Below are positions 1 to 8,131 of a stretch of DNA of 53,266 bases, piece after piece. Position numbers and translations under genes: made by a program. The DNA is from a virus (taxonomy: Duplodnaviria > Caudoviricetes), in IMG/VR virus record IMGVR_UViG_3300049928_000019, positions 1-53,266 of that record; one strand, 5' to 3'. Under the pieces are notes generated by a model. That model did not search any database. It worked only from the letters and a program-made list of their open reading frames with translations, and had not been told where the DNA came from. Each line of letters begins with the position of its first letter. The first letter of the stretch is position 1.

Positions 1-13
1 GCGTAGCATACGT
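1..13. repeat. Left copy of 13-bp terminal repeat GCGTAGCATACGT (putative cos cohesive end)
   Basis: Identical to 53254-53266. The joined junction TCGAA-GCGTAGCATACGT-TGCGA is an imperfect palindrome centred on the 13-mer. Adjacent to the lambda-like terminase genes. Confidence 0.8.
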
Positions 14-96
14 TGCGATCTGTTAAAAAAGCGTCGGTAGTACCTTTGATTTTCAATTAGTTACAGTTGATACATAATATTGAACCATTAAAACTA

Positions 97-104
97 CAAA
101 TGTA
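97..104 (-). promoter_or_regulatory. Bacteroidota sigma70 -7 element (TACATTTG) pointing across the genome end toward terS
   Basis: Perfect TAnnTTTG on the minus strand in an AT-rich intergenic region. Confidence 0.45.
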
Positions 105-198
105 TTATATTAGAATAATTATATTTAAATATTACACATTTGTTATACTATTATATAATAATGGGATAATAGTGGTAAATAATGAGATAATAGTGGAT

Positions 199-594
199 CT
201 AACGCCCGTCTATCGCTATGCTATGGTGTGTATGGGCCACCCAATTACTAACCAATGCTTTGAATGCGTCAATTGAATCGATGGTTTCTACAGCATACCC
301 GGCGCTGCGGAGGCGTGGTTGTTCCTTAACCTGGGCTGGTGATAGCTTGCCACCTTGAGCCTTCATTTCAATGAATAGGGCATGCCATGCCATGCCACAT
401 GGTACGCATAGTAATAGATCCGGTACGCCGGGCACTACGCCCATTGCTTTGAACTTGGCGCCTTCACGGACGGACCTGTTGCCGCCATTGGGGATGTGGA
501 ACAAGAGCCCCCGCAATGCCGGGTAAGTGTTGTGGAACCATTGGTAGCATAGTGACTGTAAATATTCTTCGCTGAATTTATCATTCGATGCCAT
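199..594 (-). CDS. VRR-NUC domain nuclease (putative Holliday junction resolvase)
   Basis: FHIPNGG...GVVPGVPDL...LFIEMK...GKLSPAQ motifs typical of phage VRR-NUC PD-(D/E)xK proteins. Confidence 0.88.
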   Translation of the reverse strand: MASNDKFSEEYLQSLCYQWFHNTYPALRGLLFHIPNGGNRSVREGAKFKAMGVVPGVPDLLLCVPCGMAWHALFIEMKAQGGKLSPAQVKEQPRLRSAGYAVETIDSIDAFKALVSNWVAHTHHSIAIDGR

Positions 595-770
595 AAATTG
601 AATTGGTTATATGAATTTACTTAGTGTAATAATTACATTAAATTCAAAGGACAAAATAAATATTAACTTTGGGGAGTTCCTTAAATTTATATAGATATAT
701 TTTAAAATCTCAATATATTTAAGGACTTCCAAAAAGGCAATTTGTACTTTGCCTTTTGTCCTGACCTGTG

Positions 771-1349
771 TCAACTGAATAGTTCAGGATATAGTAATCT
801 TGTGGCGTCCTGCTTTGTTTTGGTGCTTTTATTCTTAGGTAATTCAGGCGCTGCCTCCACTCTTGAATCTTCGAAAAGTGTAAATGTATGTTTAAATCCG
901 GCTTGCCTGATTGTCTTGTTTTTTTTGAATGTGGTCATGTTTTTAAATGACGGATCCCGCTTGTATTCATCCTTAATGTCTGTTGTCATGTACTTATATA
1001 AATCACCCCAATTATTTGATATGTAGGTTAAAACAGCATCTTCTGTGTTTAACACTATTGGAATAGGAGCCATTTTTTTGGGCTTGTTGTATGATAATTT
1101 AGTGGTATCATAGCAGCCATTTTCGTTATTGGTTATGTAATAGCCTCTTGTTGTTTTGCCGTTTTCATGTCTTGTTGAATCTTTGAATCCTGCAATTCTC
1201 AAAACTTTTAAAAGTTGCTTTCTCTCCATAGGTCCTGTTATTTGTAGGAAATAATCCTTTTGTACATGCGCACCGAATTTCGAGCTTGATCCAGGAAGCA
1301 CGTTGGCTAAAATCTGGCCTGCCTTCTTAATAAAGTCTTTTTCTTCCAT
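771..1349 (-). CDS. Hypothetical basic protein
   Basis: 192-aa ORF with ATG start, same strand as neighbours; no recognised motif. Confidence 0.6.
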   Translation of the reverse strand: MEEKDFIKKAGQILANVLPGSSSKFGAHVQKDYFLQITGPMERKQLLKVLRIAGFKDSTRHENGKTTRGYYITNNENGCYDTTKLSYNKPKKMAPIPIVLNTEDAVLTYISNNWGDLYKYMTTDIKDEYKRDPSFKNMTTFKKNKTIRQAGFKHTFTLFEDSRVEAAPELPKNKSTKTKQDATRLLYPELFS

Positions 1350-1437
1350 AAAATCACATATTTTTATTTGTATGAAACAAGTCTATACTTGTTGATGTCA
1401 ATATATTGTAAAATTACGACAAAAAAAATATTGTATC

Positions 1438-1468
1438 ACAAAATGCCCTGATTTGTGGTCAGGGCATT
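1438..1468 (-). terminator. Probable intrinsic terminator hairpin
   Basis: Perfect 10-bp stem AATGCCCTGA/TCAGGGCATT (1442-1451/1459-1468); the minus strand reads ...GGGCATTTTGTG. Confidence 0.55.
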
Positions 1469-2541
1469 GGGTCGGAGAGACTATTTGGGCTTCTCAAAAG
1501 AACCTAGCCGCAATTTTTTCTATAGATAGAAGTGTAATAACCAAACACTTACAAAATATATTCTCTGAAAAGGAATTAGATGAGGACTCAGTATGTGCAA
1601 AAATTGCACATACTGCTTCAGATGGAAAAAAGTATCAAACGACTTTTTATAATCTTGATGTTATAATAGCTGTAGGATATAGAGTTAATAGCTACGAAGC
1701 TACTCAGTTTCGTATATGGGCAACAAAAATTCTAAAAGAATACCTTATAAAAGGGTTTGCGCTTGACGATGAGCGTTTAAAGCAGGGTAATAATTTATTT
1801 AACAAGGACTACTTTACAGAGTTATTAGAACGAATCAGAGAAATAAGAAGCTCTGAAAGAATGTTCTATCAAAAAATAACAGATTTATATGCTGAAAGTA
1901 TTGATTATGATCCTAAAGCCCCTATTACCCAAGAATTTTATGCGACCGTTCAAAATAAACTTCATTGGGCCATTCATCACCATACCGCAGGAGAATTAAT
2001 AAAGCTAAGAGCAAAGGCGGATGCCCCTAATATGGGGTTAACATCTTGGAAGAATGCAGGCAAAGGCGGTAAAATAATAAAGACGGATATAACAGTAGCT
2101 AAAAACTATCTTACTAAAGAGGAAATTGAAGCATTAAACAGATTTTCAGTTATGTTTTTGGACTATGCTGAAAACCTTGTAAAAAGAGGAATGGTACTTA
2201 AAATGAAGGATTGGGCCAGTAGGTTAGACTCTTTCCTTCAATTTAATGAATATGACATATTAAAAGATGCTGGAAAGGTTAGTCATGCTGTTGCATGTGC
2301 ACTAGCAGAAAAAGAATATTCCAAATTCAGAATTATCCAAGATAAAGAATACAAATCCGATTTTGATAAGGTTATAGAAGGCGTTAAAAATAATGAACTA
2401 CCAAAAGAGGAAGTGATTAAAAAAGCTAAAAATCCATTTGATCAGACATTAAAAGCCGTATTGACAGTTCCGCCACCTAAGGAATCTAAAAAACGTAAGA
2501 CACCATTTGATGATATGGATAAAAAAGACAAAGAAAATTAA
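1453..2541 (+). CDS. rhuM: RhuM-family (virulence protein RhuM) DNA-binding protein, probably 5'-truncated
   Basis: ETIWASQK, YNLDVIIAVGYRVNS, ATQFRIWAT, KGFALDDERLK, RIREIRSSER and VQNKLHWAI motifs. The usual N-terminal ~20 aa appear absent, and the TTG start lies inside a hairpin. Confidence 0.85.
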   Translation: MWSGHWVGETIWASQKNLAAIFSIDRSVITKHLQNIFSEKELDEDSVCAKIAHTASDGKKYQTTFYNLDVIIAVGYRVNSYEATQFRIWATKILKEYLIKGFALDDERLKQGNNLFNKDYFTELLERIREIRSSERMFYQKITDLYAESIDYDPKAPITQEFYATVQNKLHWAIHHHTAGELIKLRAKADAPNMGLTSWKNAGKGGKIIKTDITVAKNYLTKEEIEALNRFSVMFLDYAENLVKRGMVLKMKDWASRLDSFLQFNEYDILKDAGKVSHAVACALAEKEYSKFRIIQDKEYKSDFDKVIEGVKNNELPKEEVIKKAKNPFDQTLKAVLTVPPPKESKKRKTPFDDMDKKDKEN

Positions 2542-3443
2542 TCATTCCTGAACATCTCCGACTGTTTATTTCTAAAAATCGGTTCAATTACGCTCATTAT
2601 TTCAAATTGTTTTTCAATAAAAACATTGTAATGTGTATCTAATTTGTATACAACCCGAAGATTTACCCTAAGGGCATCACCATTGCCAAACTTATAAACG
2701 GCATCTTTTACCTTTAATAGAAAGTCTGAATCTCTAATGATAACGTTGTTCAATCTTCGGCCGTTATAAATAAAATTCCATTTTGTTACTTTTTTGGGGT
2801 CAATATCCGGCTTAGTTATTATTAGAATTTCGCCGTCTTTAATCTCTTCCTTTGTATCAGAATCCAGATAAGGATTTCTAATAGATAGCTCTTTAAATTG
2901 CTCTTTATTAACCTTTAAAAGTGGTTTTTCTGTTTTTATATCAGTTAATTCAAGACCATCCACATCCTCATCAGCCAAAAGAGATTGACCCATTTTATAG
3001 ACAGCCTGACTAATTGATTGATTGTTTTGATATAATTCGAAGGCACCCTTTTCAACTGTTACATAACTGCCGTGAATATGAATTTCAACTGTTTGAGAGT
3101 TGTCGGTATTCTGAACTACTTTTCCCGGCTTCTCCCCCTTTAAAAAGGAAGAAATAGATATATAATTTGATAGAATAGAGAATAAATTGTCTATATACCC
3201 TAATGCCGGGGAGGCAAATAAGCCAGTTATAGATGTTACCTCCAATAACTGGTTCAGCTCGAACGACCCTGGTTTAACCGCCTCAATTTTTATGTTTAAT
3301 TTAACAGAGGCATCTTGGGACTTGTTAATTTCAGTTAGGGCTGTTAAAAAATGTGCCTGAGTTGTTATTAAGGTATTTAAGTCAATAAAATGGGTGTCGC
3401 CTTTATAACTAAAGTTTACGCCCATTGAAGATGTATCAGCCAT
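2538..3443 (-). CDS. Moron-like hypothetical protein (~301 aa) with its own promoter
   Basis: Long AT-rich ORF. ATG at 3443 is preferred over 3545 because a TAnnTTTG element lies ~25 nt upstream. Converges on rhuM. Confidence 0.75.
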   Translation of the reverse strand: MADTSSMGVNFSYKGDTHFIDLNTLITTQAHFLTALTEINKSQDASVKLNIKIEAVKPGSFELNQLLEVTSITGLFASPALGYIDNLFSILSNYISISSFLKGEKPGKVVQNTDNSQTVEIHIHGSYVTVEKGAFELYQNNQSISQAVYKMGQSLLADEDVDGLELTDIKTEKPLLKVNKEQFKELSIRNPYLDSDTKEEIKDGEILIITKPDIDPKKVTKWNFIYNGRRLNNVIIRDSDFLLKVKDAVYKFGNGDALRVNLRVVYKLDTHYNVFIEKQFEIMSVIEPIFRNKQSEMFRND

Positions 3444-3467
3444 GAATCTTACCAAAAAATGTTTAAA

Positions 3468-3475
3468 CAAACGTA
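3468..3475 (-). promoter_or_regulatory. Bacteroidota -7 promoter element TACGTTTG
   Basis: Matches TAnnTTTG at a suitable distance from ATG 3443. Confidence 0.55.
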
Positions 3476-3609
3476 TTAAAAAATACTCATTAAACAAGGT
3501 TTGTTTTGTGCCTATATATGTTCTCATACGACTCAATTTCGCCATTTACATTTGTAATTACAATAAAACAGCCGGAAACCTGTTTTTGACGTTACTCACT
3601 CTAATTCAC

Positions 3610-3864
3610 TCAAATTGGCATTAAGTAAAGTTCGGTGTATGAAAAATTATTCTTTTCCCTGTATTCGTGACTCTTTTTTATAAGTCGCATTGCCTCTTCT
3701 TTACTATACGATTCCAGTTTAAAGGATGACGGACGGCCAACTCTACGACCCATTGAAGGGACATAACAAAACTGATCTTCTTCAAACGCCATTGGCTTAT
3801 TGTTTTCGTCAACCACGATGTATTTATCTGGGTTCTTTATCGCCCATACGTTTGTCTGGCTCAT
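3610..3864 (-). CDS. Hypothetical protein
   Basis: 84-aa ORF, ATGA overlap with the upstream gene. Confidence 0.7.
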   Translation of the reverse strand: MSQTNVWAIKNPDKYIVVDENNKPMAFEEDQFCYVPSMGRRVGRPSSFKLESYSKEEAMRLIKKSHEYREKNNFSYTELYLMPI

Positions 3865-4055
3865 TGCTTTGTTGGTTTAAGTAAATAATTAAATGCTCTT
3901 ATGTGAGTAACAGAAGTATATTCCATACATATACCACAATGTCCTGTATGGGCTGTTACAACTCCGCATTCACCTTCTTTCTGAAATGGCTTACCGCAAG
4001 GCCAGCAGACATAGTCTGATGTTCGGTTTTCGATTTCTTCGGATGTTGGTTCCAT
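3861..4055 (-). CDS. Small zinc-finger-like protein
   Basis: CxxC...CxxC (CWPC, CGIC); translationally coupled to the next gene. Confidence 0.7.
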   Translation of the reverse strand: MEPTSEEIENRTSDYVCWPCGKPFQKEGECGVVTAHTGHCGICMEYTSVTHIRAFNYLLKPTKQ

Positions 4056-4072
4056 TCTTTGCTGGTTAATGG

Positions 4073-4252
4073 TTATTTACCTGTGAATTTTATTTTTTTA
4101 ATTTCATCTATAAAAAGACAAGTTTTAGGATATTCATAGATATTATAACTCTCCCCTACAAGCTTACAACTCTCACATGTAGCACCTTCTGCTGACCATT
4201 TAATATATTCAGGGCATTTCTTTTCTTCACAGAATTTGTTGTAGTTTTCCAT
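4073..4252 (-). CDS. Small Cys-rich hypothetical protein (59 aa, not in ORF track)
   Basis: Manual translation MENYNKFCEEKKCPEYIKWSAEGATCESCKL...; fills the gap in a tightly packed operon. Confidence 0.6.
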   Translation of the reverse strand: MENYNKFCEEKKCPEYIKWSAEGATCESCKLVGESYNIYEYPKTCLFIDEIKKIKFTGK

Positions 4253-4255
4253 TTT

Positions 4256-4585
4256 TTATTTACTTATGAATTTATTACGCATTATTTTCATGAAATGAAT
4301 AGCAATATGCTGACCATTTAATGTTAAACTAGCATTTGCCACTTCTTCCACTATCTCATCATCTGTAGGAGCGAGAGACTTAATCATTTCGGTGTGGAAG
4401 CGAAGGGCGACCCTTGAAAGCATTTCATTCATTTCAGGTAAATTATTATGGCAACAGTATATAAAGTCATCCATATTTCGGAATATCCTTTCCTGTCCGG
4501 TTACGATCCATTCTTTAGCTACCTCATCCTTCACTCTCTGAATAATCTGATCGGGCGTAGGTCTTGGTTCTTTCTCTGTGTTCAT
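4256..4585 (-). CDS. Hypothetical protein
   Basis: 109-aa ORF in an overlapping minus-strand array. Confidence 0.7.
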   Translation of the reverse strand: MNTEKEPRPTPDQIIQRVKDEVAKEWIVTGQERIFRNMDDFIYCCHNNLPEMNEMLSRVALRFHTEMIKSLAPTDDEIVEEVANASLTLNGQHIAIHFMKIMRNKFISK

Positions 4586-4800
4586 AGCCTCTCTATTGCT
4601 TGTTTAACTTGTTCCCAATATTTTACTGCTTCAATCGCTAAATCTAATGATAGATACGGCTTAACCCTCCATCCTTTAAAGTCTGCAATTATTTCATCAA
4701 CGCAAACTATAGCACAATGCTTTTGCTGTTTCTTGTCGAAACCATTATCTCTCATTATCATTTTTTCAATAAGATCCTTGGCTTTTTCTTCTGGTTCCAT
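4582..4800 (-). CDS. Small phage hypothetical protein
   Basis: PEEKAKDL...CAIVCVDEII...YWEQVKQAIERL pattern resembling small Bacteroidota phage proteins; overlaps the next gene. Confidence 0.75.
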   Translation of the reverse strand: MEPEEKAKDLIEKMIMRDNGFDKKQQKHCAIVCVDEIIADFKGWRVKPYLSLDLAIEAVKYWEQVKQAIERL

Positions 4801-4801
4801 A

Positions 4802-5023
4802 CTACATTTTCGGTTTAAGTTTTTCCCACAGCTCCATCTTTACGGAGTGGATTTCAAATGGGGTGACGTGCTTTAATTCATATTCAGGCTTTAACTTTAA
4901 TAACCTAATGCCAGATTCTTCTTTGCGATAAACTGAATGTATGATATTTTCCATAGCAGTAGTTTTTGCCACTATCACAACCTCGTCCCCGTTGTCCCTC
5001 TTTATTGTTCTCTCTATGCGCAT
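4802..5023 (-). CDS. Hypothetical protein
   Basis: ATG at 5023 directly follows the MTase stop, avoiding the overlap implied by the 5113 start. Confidence 0.65.
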   Translation of the reverse strand: MRIERTIKRDNGDEVVIVAKTTAMENIIHSVYRKEESGIRLLKLKPEYELKHVTPFEIHSVKMELWEKLKPKM

Positions 5024-5025
5024 GG

Positions 5026-5778
5026 TTAAAATAGTTTTGACTGATACGATAATTGGTTTATTCGCGATTGTGCCATTGCACAGTATTCTTCTGATATCTC
5101 TGAAAGTATCCACCTACGCTTCATGTTATGGGCAGAAACGGCAACGGTACCGGTCCCGCCAAACGGGTCGTACACTAATGCGTTCACGTCAGAAAACGCC
5201 ATGATCAGCATTCTCACCAATCGTTCCGGAAAGACTGCGCCATGATCAGCATTCGCCTTTTGGTCCCGGCCACAACGGATGATATTAGACATTTCGCCCC
5301 TATTGAAATAAGCGTTATTTATAACCCTTCCTTTCTGGCGGTCCGACTCCATGATTATAATAAGTTCATAAGAGCTATTTAAAATCTTTTCATGCATAGC
5401 AGGTTGTCCGCTGCCTTTATCCCAGATGATAATATCCTTTATATACTCGCTGAACTCTCCAATTATCTTGAAAAACGCTTCCTTGCTGCCTGTCACAATC
5501 TGGATATTGTAACACACTATTTTTGACACTCGCAACATTTCTTTTATGCAAGAAGAATGGAACGAATAGAATTCATCTAATGGATACGCATCATGGAAGT
5601 GCTTGTACTTGTTACTGAAGTGTTTGGTCTTTTCTCTTTCCATGTATCCACCATTTCTCACGCGAGTACGCATATTATATGGCGGCGATGTTATAATTAA
5701 ATCAACCGATCCATCAGGCAGACGCGACATGGTTTCCGTGTTACTTTCACAGTATATTTGATTCTCTGCAACCATCAC
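5026..5778 (-). CDS. DNA amino-methyltransferase (N4-C/N6-A, beta class), orphan
   Basis: DLIITSPPY catalytic motif before HGAVFP and YDPFGGTGT SAM-binding motif; C-terminal QSKLF. Confidence 0.93.
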   Translation of the reverse strand: MMVAENQIYCESNTETMSRLPDGSVDLIITSPPYNMRTRVRNGGYMEREKTKHFSNKYKHFHDAYPLDEFYSFHSSCIKEMLRVSKIVCYNIQIVTGSKEAFFKIIGEFSEYIKDIIIWDKGSGQPAMHEKILNSSYELIIIMESDRQKGRVINNAYFNRGEMSNIIRCGRDQKANADHGAVFPERLVRMLIMAFSDVNALVYDPFGGTGTVAVSAHNMKRRWILSEISEEYCAMAQSRINQLSYQSKLF

Positions 5779-5787
5779 AATGCCTTT

Positions 5788-6351
5788 TTAATTTAATAAG
5801 TCATTAACCTTCTCAATCAAAATGTCCCCCATTATTTCGCGGCATATGTCGGCAGTTGTCATTTGGTTGTTTTTTATAGCAGCAGCAGCATAATAAGCAG
5901 CATCAGCAGCAGCAGCAGCATAATAAGCAGCAGCAGCAGCATAATAAGCAGCATCAGCAGCATCAGCAGCAGCAGCAGCAGCATAATAAGCAGCATCAGC
6001 AGCATCAGCAGCAGCATAATAAGCAGCATCAGCAGCATCAGCAGCAGCATCAGCAGCATAATAAGCAGCATCCAATTCTTCTCTGGTGGCATTTCCACGA
6101 CCAAAGGCTTCAGCTACCTCTATCGCCTTTCTGCTTCGCTCGTCCTTCATTAAGTGAATGACTGTTTTTGCGCACAATGCTTTTGCCAATGTTCTTGTTT
6201 GTAAGTTAATTTCTACTTTACGCGATAACCATAGTAACCAATCACCACGGTGACACTCTTTTACAACCTGTTCAATTGTTTTATCGGAAGCCCAAGTTCG
6301 AGCATCTTCACAGGCGTTAATTTCTTCTAAAAATTCTTTAAGTGTTTTCAT
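5788..6351 (-). CDS. Phage protein with Ala/Tyr/Asp low-complexity repeat
   Basis: RGDWLLWL and DERSRKAIEVAE helical motifs, followed by a (YYAADAA)n tract encoded by GCT/GAT/TAT repeats at ~5878-6072. Confidence 0.8.
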   Translation of the reverse strand: MKTLKEFLEEINACEDARTWASDKTIEQVVKECHRGDWLLWLSRKVEINLQTRTLAKALCAKTVIHLMKDERSRKAIEVAEAFGRGNATREELDAAYYAADAAADAADAAYYAAADAADAAYYAAAAAADAADAAYYAAAAAYYAAAAADAAYYAAAAIKNNQMTTADICREIMGDILIEKVNDLLN

Positions 6352-6692
6352 CGTATATTATAATTTAATTGATTGTGTTTCCCTGTAATCTCAATACTGA
6401 TAGCCAGTGCCACTCCTTCGTAATACCAGCTATATTTTTTACCCCAATAGATCCTGCTATGATCCACCGCATACGCCCCGCTCTTAATCGTTACCCAGTG
6501 CTTGCCTCTGAAGTACATAATTACTCCTATGTGCTTTGTAGTGGTGTCTACTTCCACTGTAAAGAAGCGATCGTGGTACTCGTATCCATGCGGGGTGTTG
6601 ATGCGCTGGGCGTGGCATTGGGTGGATAGTAGAAACCCAAACAATACTAATAACAGGAAAATTAAATATCGGATTCTATCTGAATGTGTCAT
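6348..6692 (-). CDS. Putative exported protein
   Basis: Hydrophobic N-terminus ending in CHA-Q, like Bacteroidota signal peptides cleaved before Gln. Confidence 0.65.
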   Translation of the reverse strand: MTHSDRIRYLIFLLLVLFGFLLSTQCHAQRINTPHGYEYHDRFFTVEVDTTTKHIGVIMYFRGKHWVTIKSGAYAVDHSRIYWGKKYSWYYEGVALAISIEITGKHNQLNYNIR

Positions 6693-6700
6693 TGCCGTGG

Positions 6701-7111
6701 TTAGTTAAGTGTAAAGTGAGAGTTGCCGTGCATTACATTTGTCAGAACAGCCGTCTGCTCAGTCACGGGCGATTGCCTATTCAAATTTTCCTCAAACTTT
6801 ATTAACATATCAATTTTGCGTGTCAGGAATTCAATCCTGCTTTTATAGGCTGAATATGCCATCAGTGATTTTACTTTTTTGTAAGAAGAAATACAAGTGC
6901 TATGATCCCTGTTGAAAGCTACTTCAATTTGTGACCATGGAATTGGTCCGAATTTACCGCGCCCGTCTACAGACTTAAGGAATGTGCGCACAAAATATAT
7001 GCACATATGTCTCTGATCACAAACGGTACCGTTCTGACTTTCAGACAGGATATCGCTTATCGTTATACCCGTACCGTAAAGTACGATGTTGCAAATATTT
7101 GAAATGGTCAT
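6701..7111 (-). CDS. DnaA C-terminal-like helix-turn-helix protein
   Basis: RHMCIY...QIEVAFNRDHSTCISSYKKV resembles the DnaA domain IV RDHxTV motif. Confidence 0.7.
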   Translation of the reverse strand: MTISNICNIVLYGTGITISDILSESQNGTVCDQRHMCIYFVRTFLKSVDGRGKFGPIPWSQIEVAFNRDHSTCISSYKKVKSLMAYSAYKSRIEFLTRKIDMLIKFEENLNRQSPVTEQTAVLTNVMHGNSHFTLN

Positions 7112-7326
7112 GATGGAATAAGGTCGAAGCCTTTTGAATCGTTAAATCTTTTGTGCGTCCAGAATACTATATCCGGATTTATATTTTCTATAGCACATTC
7201 GTGTTCTATAGTGCGTATGTAAGCCTTTAATTCTGCAAGTGATTGAACCCTGTTTATGTTGTCATAATACAATATTCTAATACAAAGAGCTTTTATCTTC
7301 AATTCAATTGCTTCTTTTTCGGTCAT
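7108..7326 (-). CDS. Hypothetical protein
   Basis: 72-aa ORF overlapping the next gene by ATGA. Confidence 0.65.
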   Translation of the reverse strand: MTEKEAIELKIKALCIRILYYDNINRVQSLAELKAYIRTIEHECAIENINPDIVFWTHKRFNDSKGFDLIPS

Positions 7327-7338
7327 GCTAATGCTAAT

Positions 7339-7482
7339 TTAAAATGTGTCATCTGATACATGCTTTCTTTGAACGAATGCATTTTTAAGGCTTTTGATGC
7401 CTTTAGAAATTTTATCCTTATAAAGCACTGTTGTTATGATTAAACATGCAACAGCGGGGATTAAAACGATAATAGCGTTCAT
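7339..7482 (-). CDS. Small membrane peptide (47 aa, not in ORF track)
   Basis: MNAIIVLIPAVACLIITTVLYKDK... single hydrophobic segment; fills a gap. Confidence 0.5.
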   Translation of the reverse strand: MNAIIVLIPAVACLIITTVLYKDKISKGIKSLKNAFVQRKHVSDDTF

Positions 7483-7510
7483 TGTGGTAAAGGGTTAGAT
7501 TGATGATTGG

Positions 7511-7553
7511 GCAGATGCGACCTACTATTTATATTTGCAGATGCGACCTACTA
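7511..7553. repeat. 17-bp direct repeat GCAGATGCGACCTACTA x2
   Basis: Copies at 7511-7527 and 7537-7553 in intergenic DNA. Confidence 0.9.
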
Positions 7554-7576
7554 GGGAACCCGTTCGGCGCTTCTGC

Positions 7577-7759
7577 TTAGTGTGATGGCTTGCGCACCAT
7601 TTTAATGGCGAATTTTTTATTTATGTTTTCTTCATATCCTGAAGGTTTTTCAATACGAACATCACGAACCATTACCTTTTTAACAGTGCCAGCAAACACT
7701 CCGCTATCGGTATAGTATAGCTTATCGCCTATTTGAATGCCTTGTATAATATTTTTCAT
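7577..7759 (-). CDS. Small hypothetical protein (SH3/KOW-like beta barrel?)
   Basis: ATG at 7759; IQIGDKLYY...GTVKKV pattern. Confidence 0.6.
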   Translation of the reverse strand: MKNIIQGIQIGDKLYYTDSGVFAGTVKKVMVRDVRIEKPSGYEENINKKFAIKMVRKPSH

Positions 7760-7810
7760 GGTTAGTTTATTTATAAGCCCGCTTGGCCGGAACCGCAGGG
7801 GCATTAAGCA

Positions 7811-8065
7811 CTATTTGTTGAAAATGTCTTTGTTTATTTCTATCAGCATTTTCTTGCTAGCTTCAAACCCTAAGCCAGTAAGATTTGAAAAATCTCTAAA
7901 GCTTATTTCTGTAGTTTTTGTTTTTGCGAAATAAAACTTAACTGCCTTTTTGAAATTCTCCCAATAAAGTCCTGATGTGGCCTTATTGAAATTTTCAAGC
8001 CTGTTAACTGCTTGTGCTTTTTTTTTCAGAATGTTCAGTGTTTGGTCGTTAGTTAGATTTTTCAT
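7811..8065 (-). CDS. Hypothetical basic protein
   Basis: 84-aa ORF in the early operon. Confidence 0.65.
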   Translation of the reverse strand: MKNLTNDQTLNILKKKAQAVNRLENFNKATSGLYWENFKKAVKFYFAKTKTTEISFRDFSNLTGLGFEASKKMLIEINKDIFNK

Positions 8066-8086
8066 TTTGCTTAATGTTTAATGTTT

Positions 8087-8131
8087 AGTTGTAATACCGG
8101 TTTCGGTTCGCAAAGCCTCGTCAGTTAGACT
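8087..8131 (-). ncRNA. Candidate minimal type I hammerhead ribozyme
   Basis: CUGACGA-[GG...CC stem II]-GAAA-CCGG-UA core directly after a stop codon; stems I and III are short. Confidence 0.45.

Noticed and set aside
67-276. 69-aa plus-strand ORF, and the many short antisense ORFs inside structural and replication genes
   Set aside because: No motifs, weak starts, and overlap with well-supported genes on the opposite strand.
5863-6153. Poly-Ser and poly-Leu ORFs in alternative frames
   Set aside because: By-products of the GCT/GAT/TAT repeat in the 5788-6351 gene.
7775-7810. Twister or pistol ribozyme
   Set aside because: UAAUGC and AAGC fragments are suggestive, but the required pseudoknot pairings and spacing could not be built.
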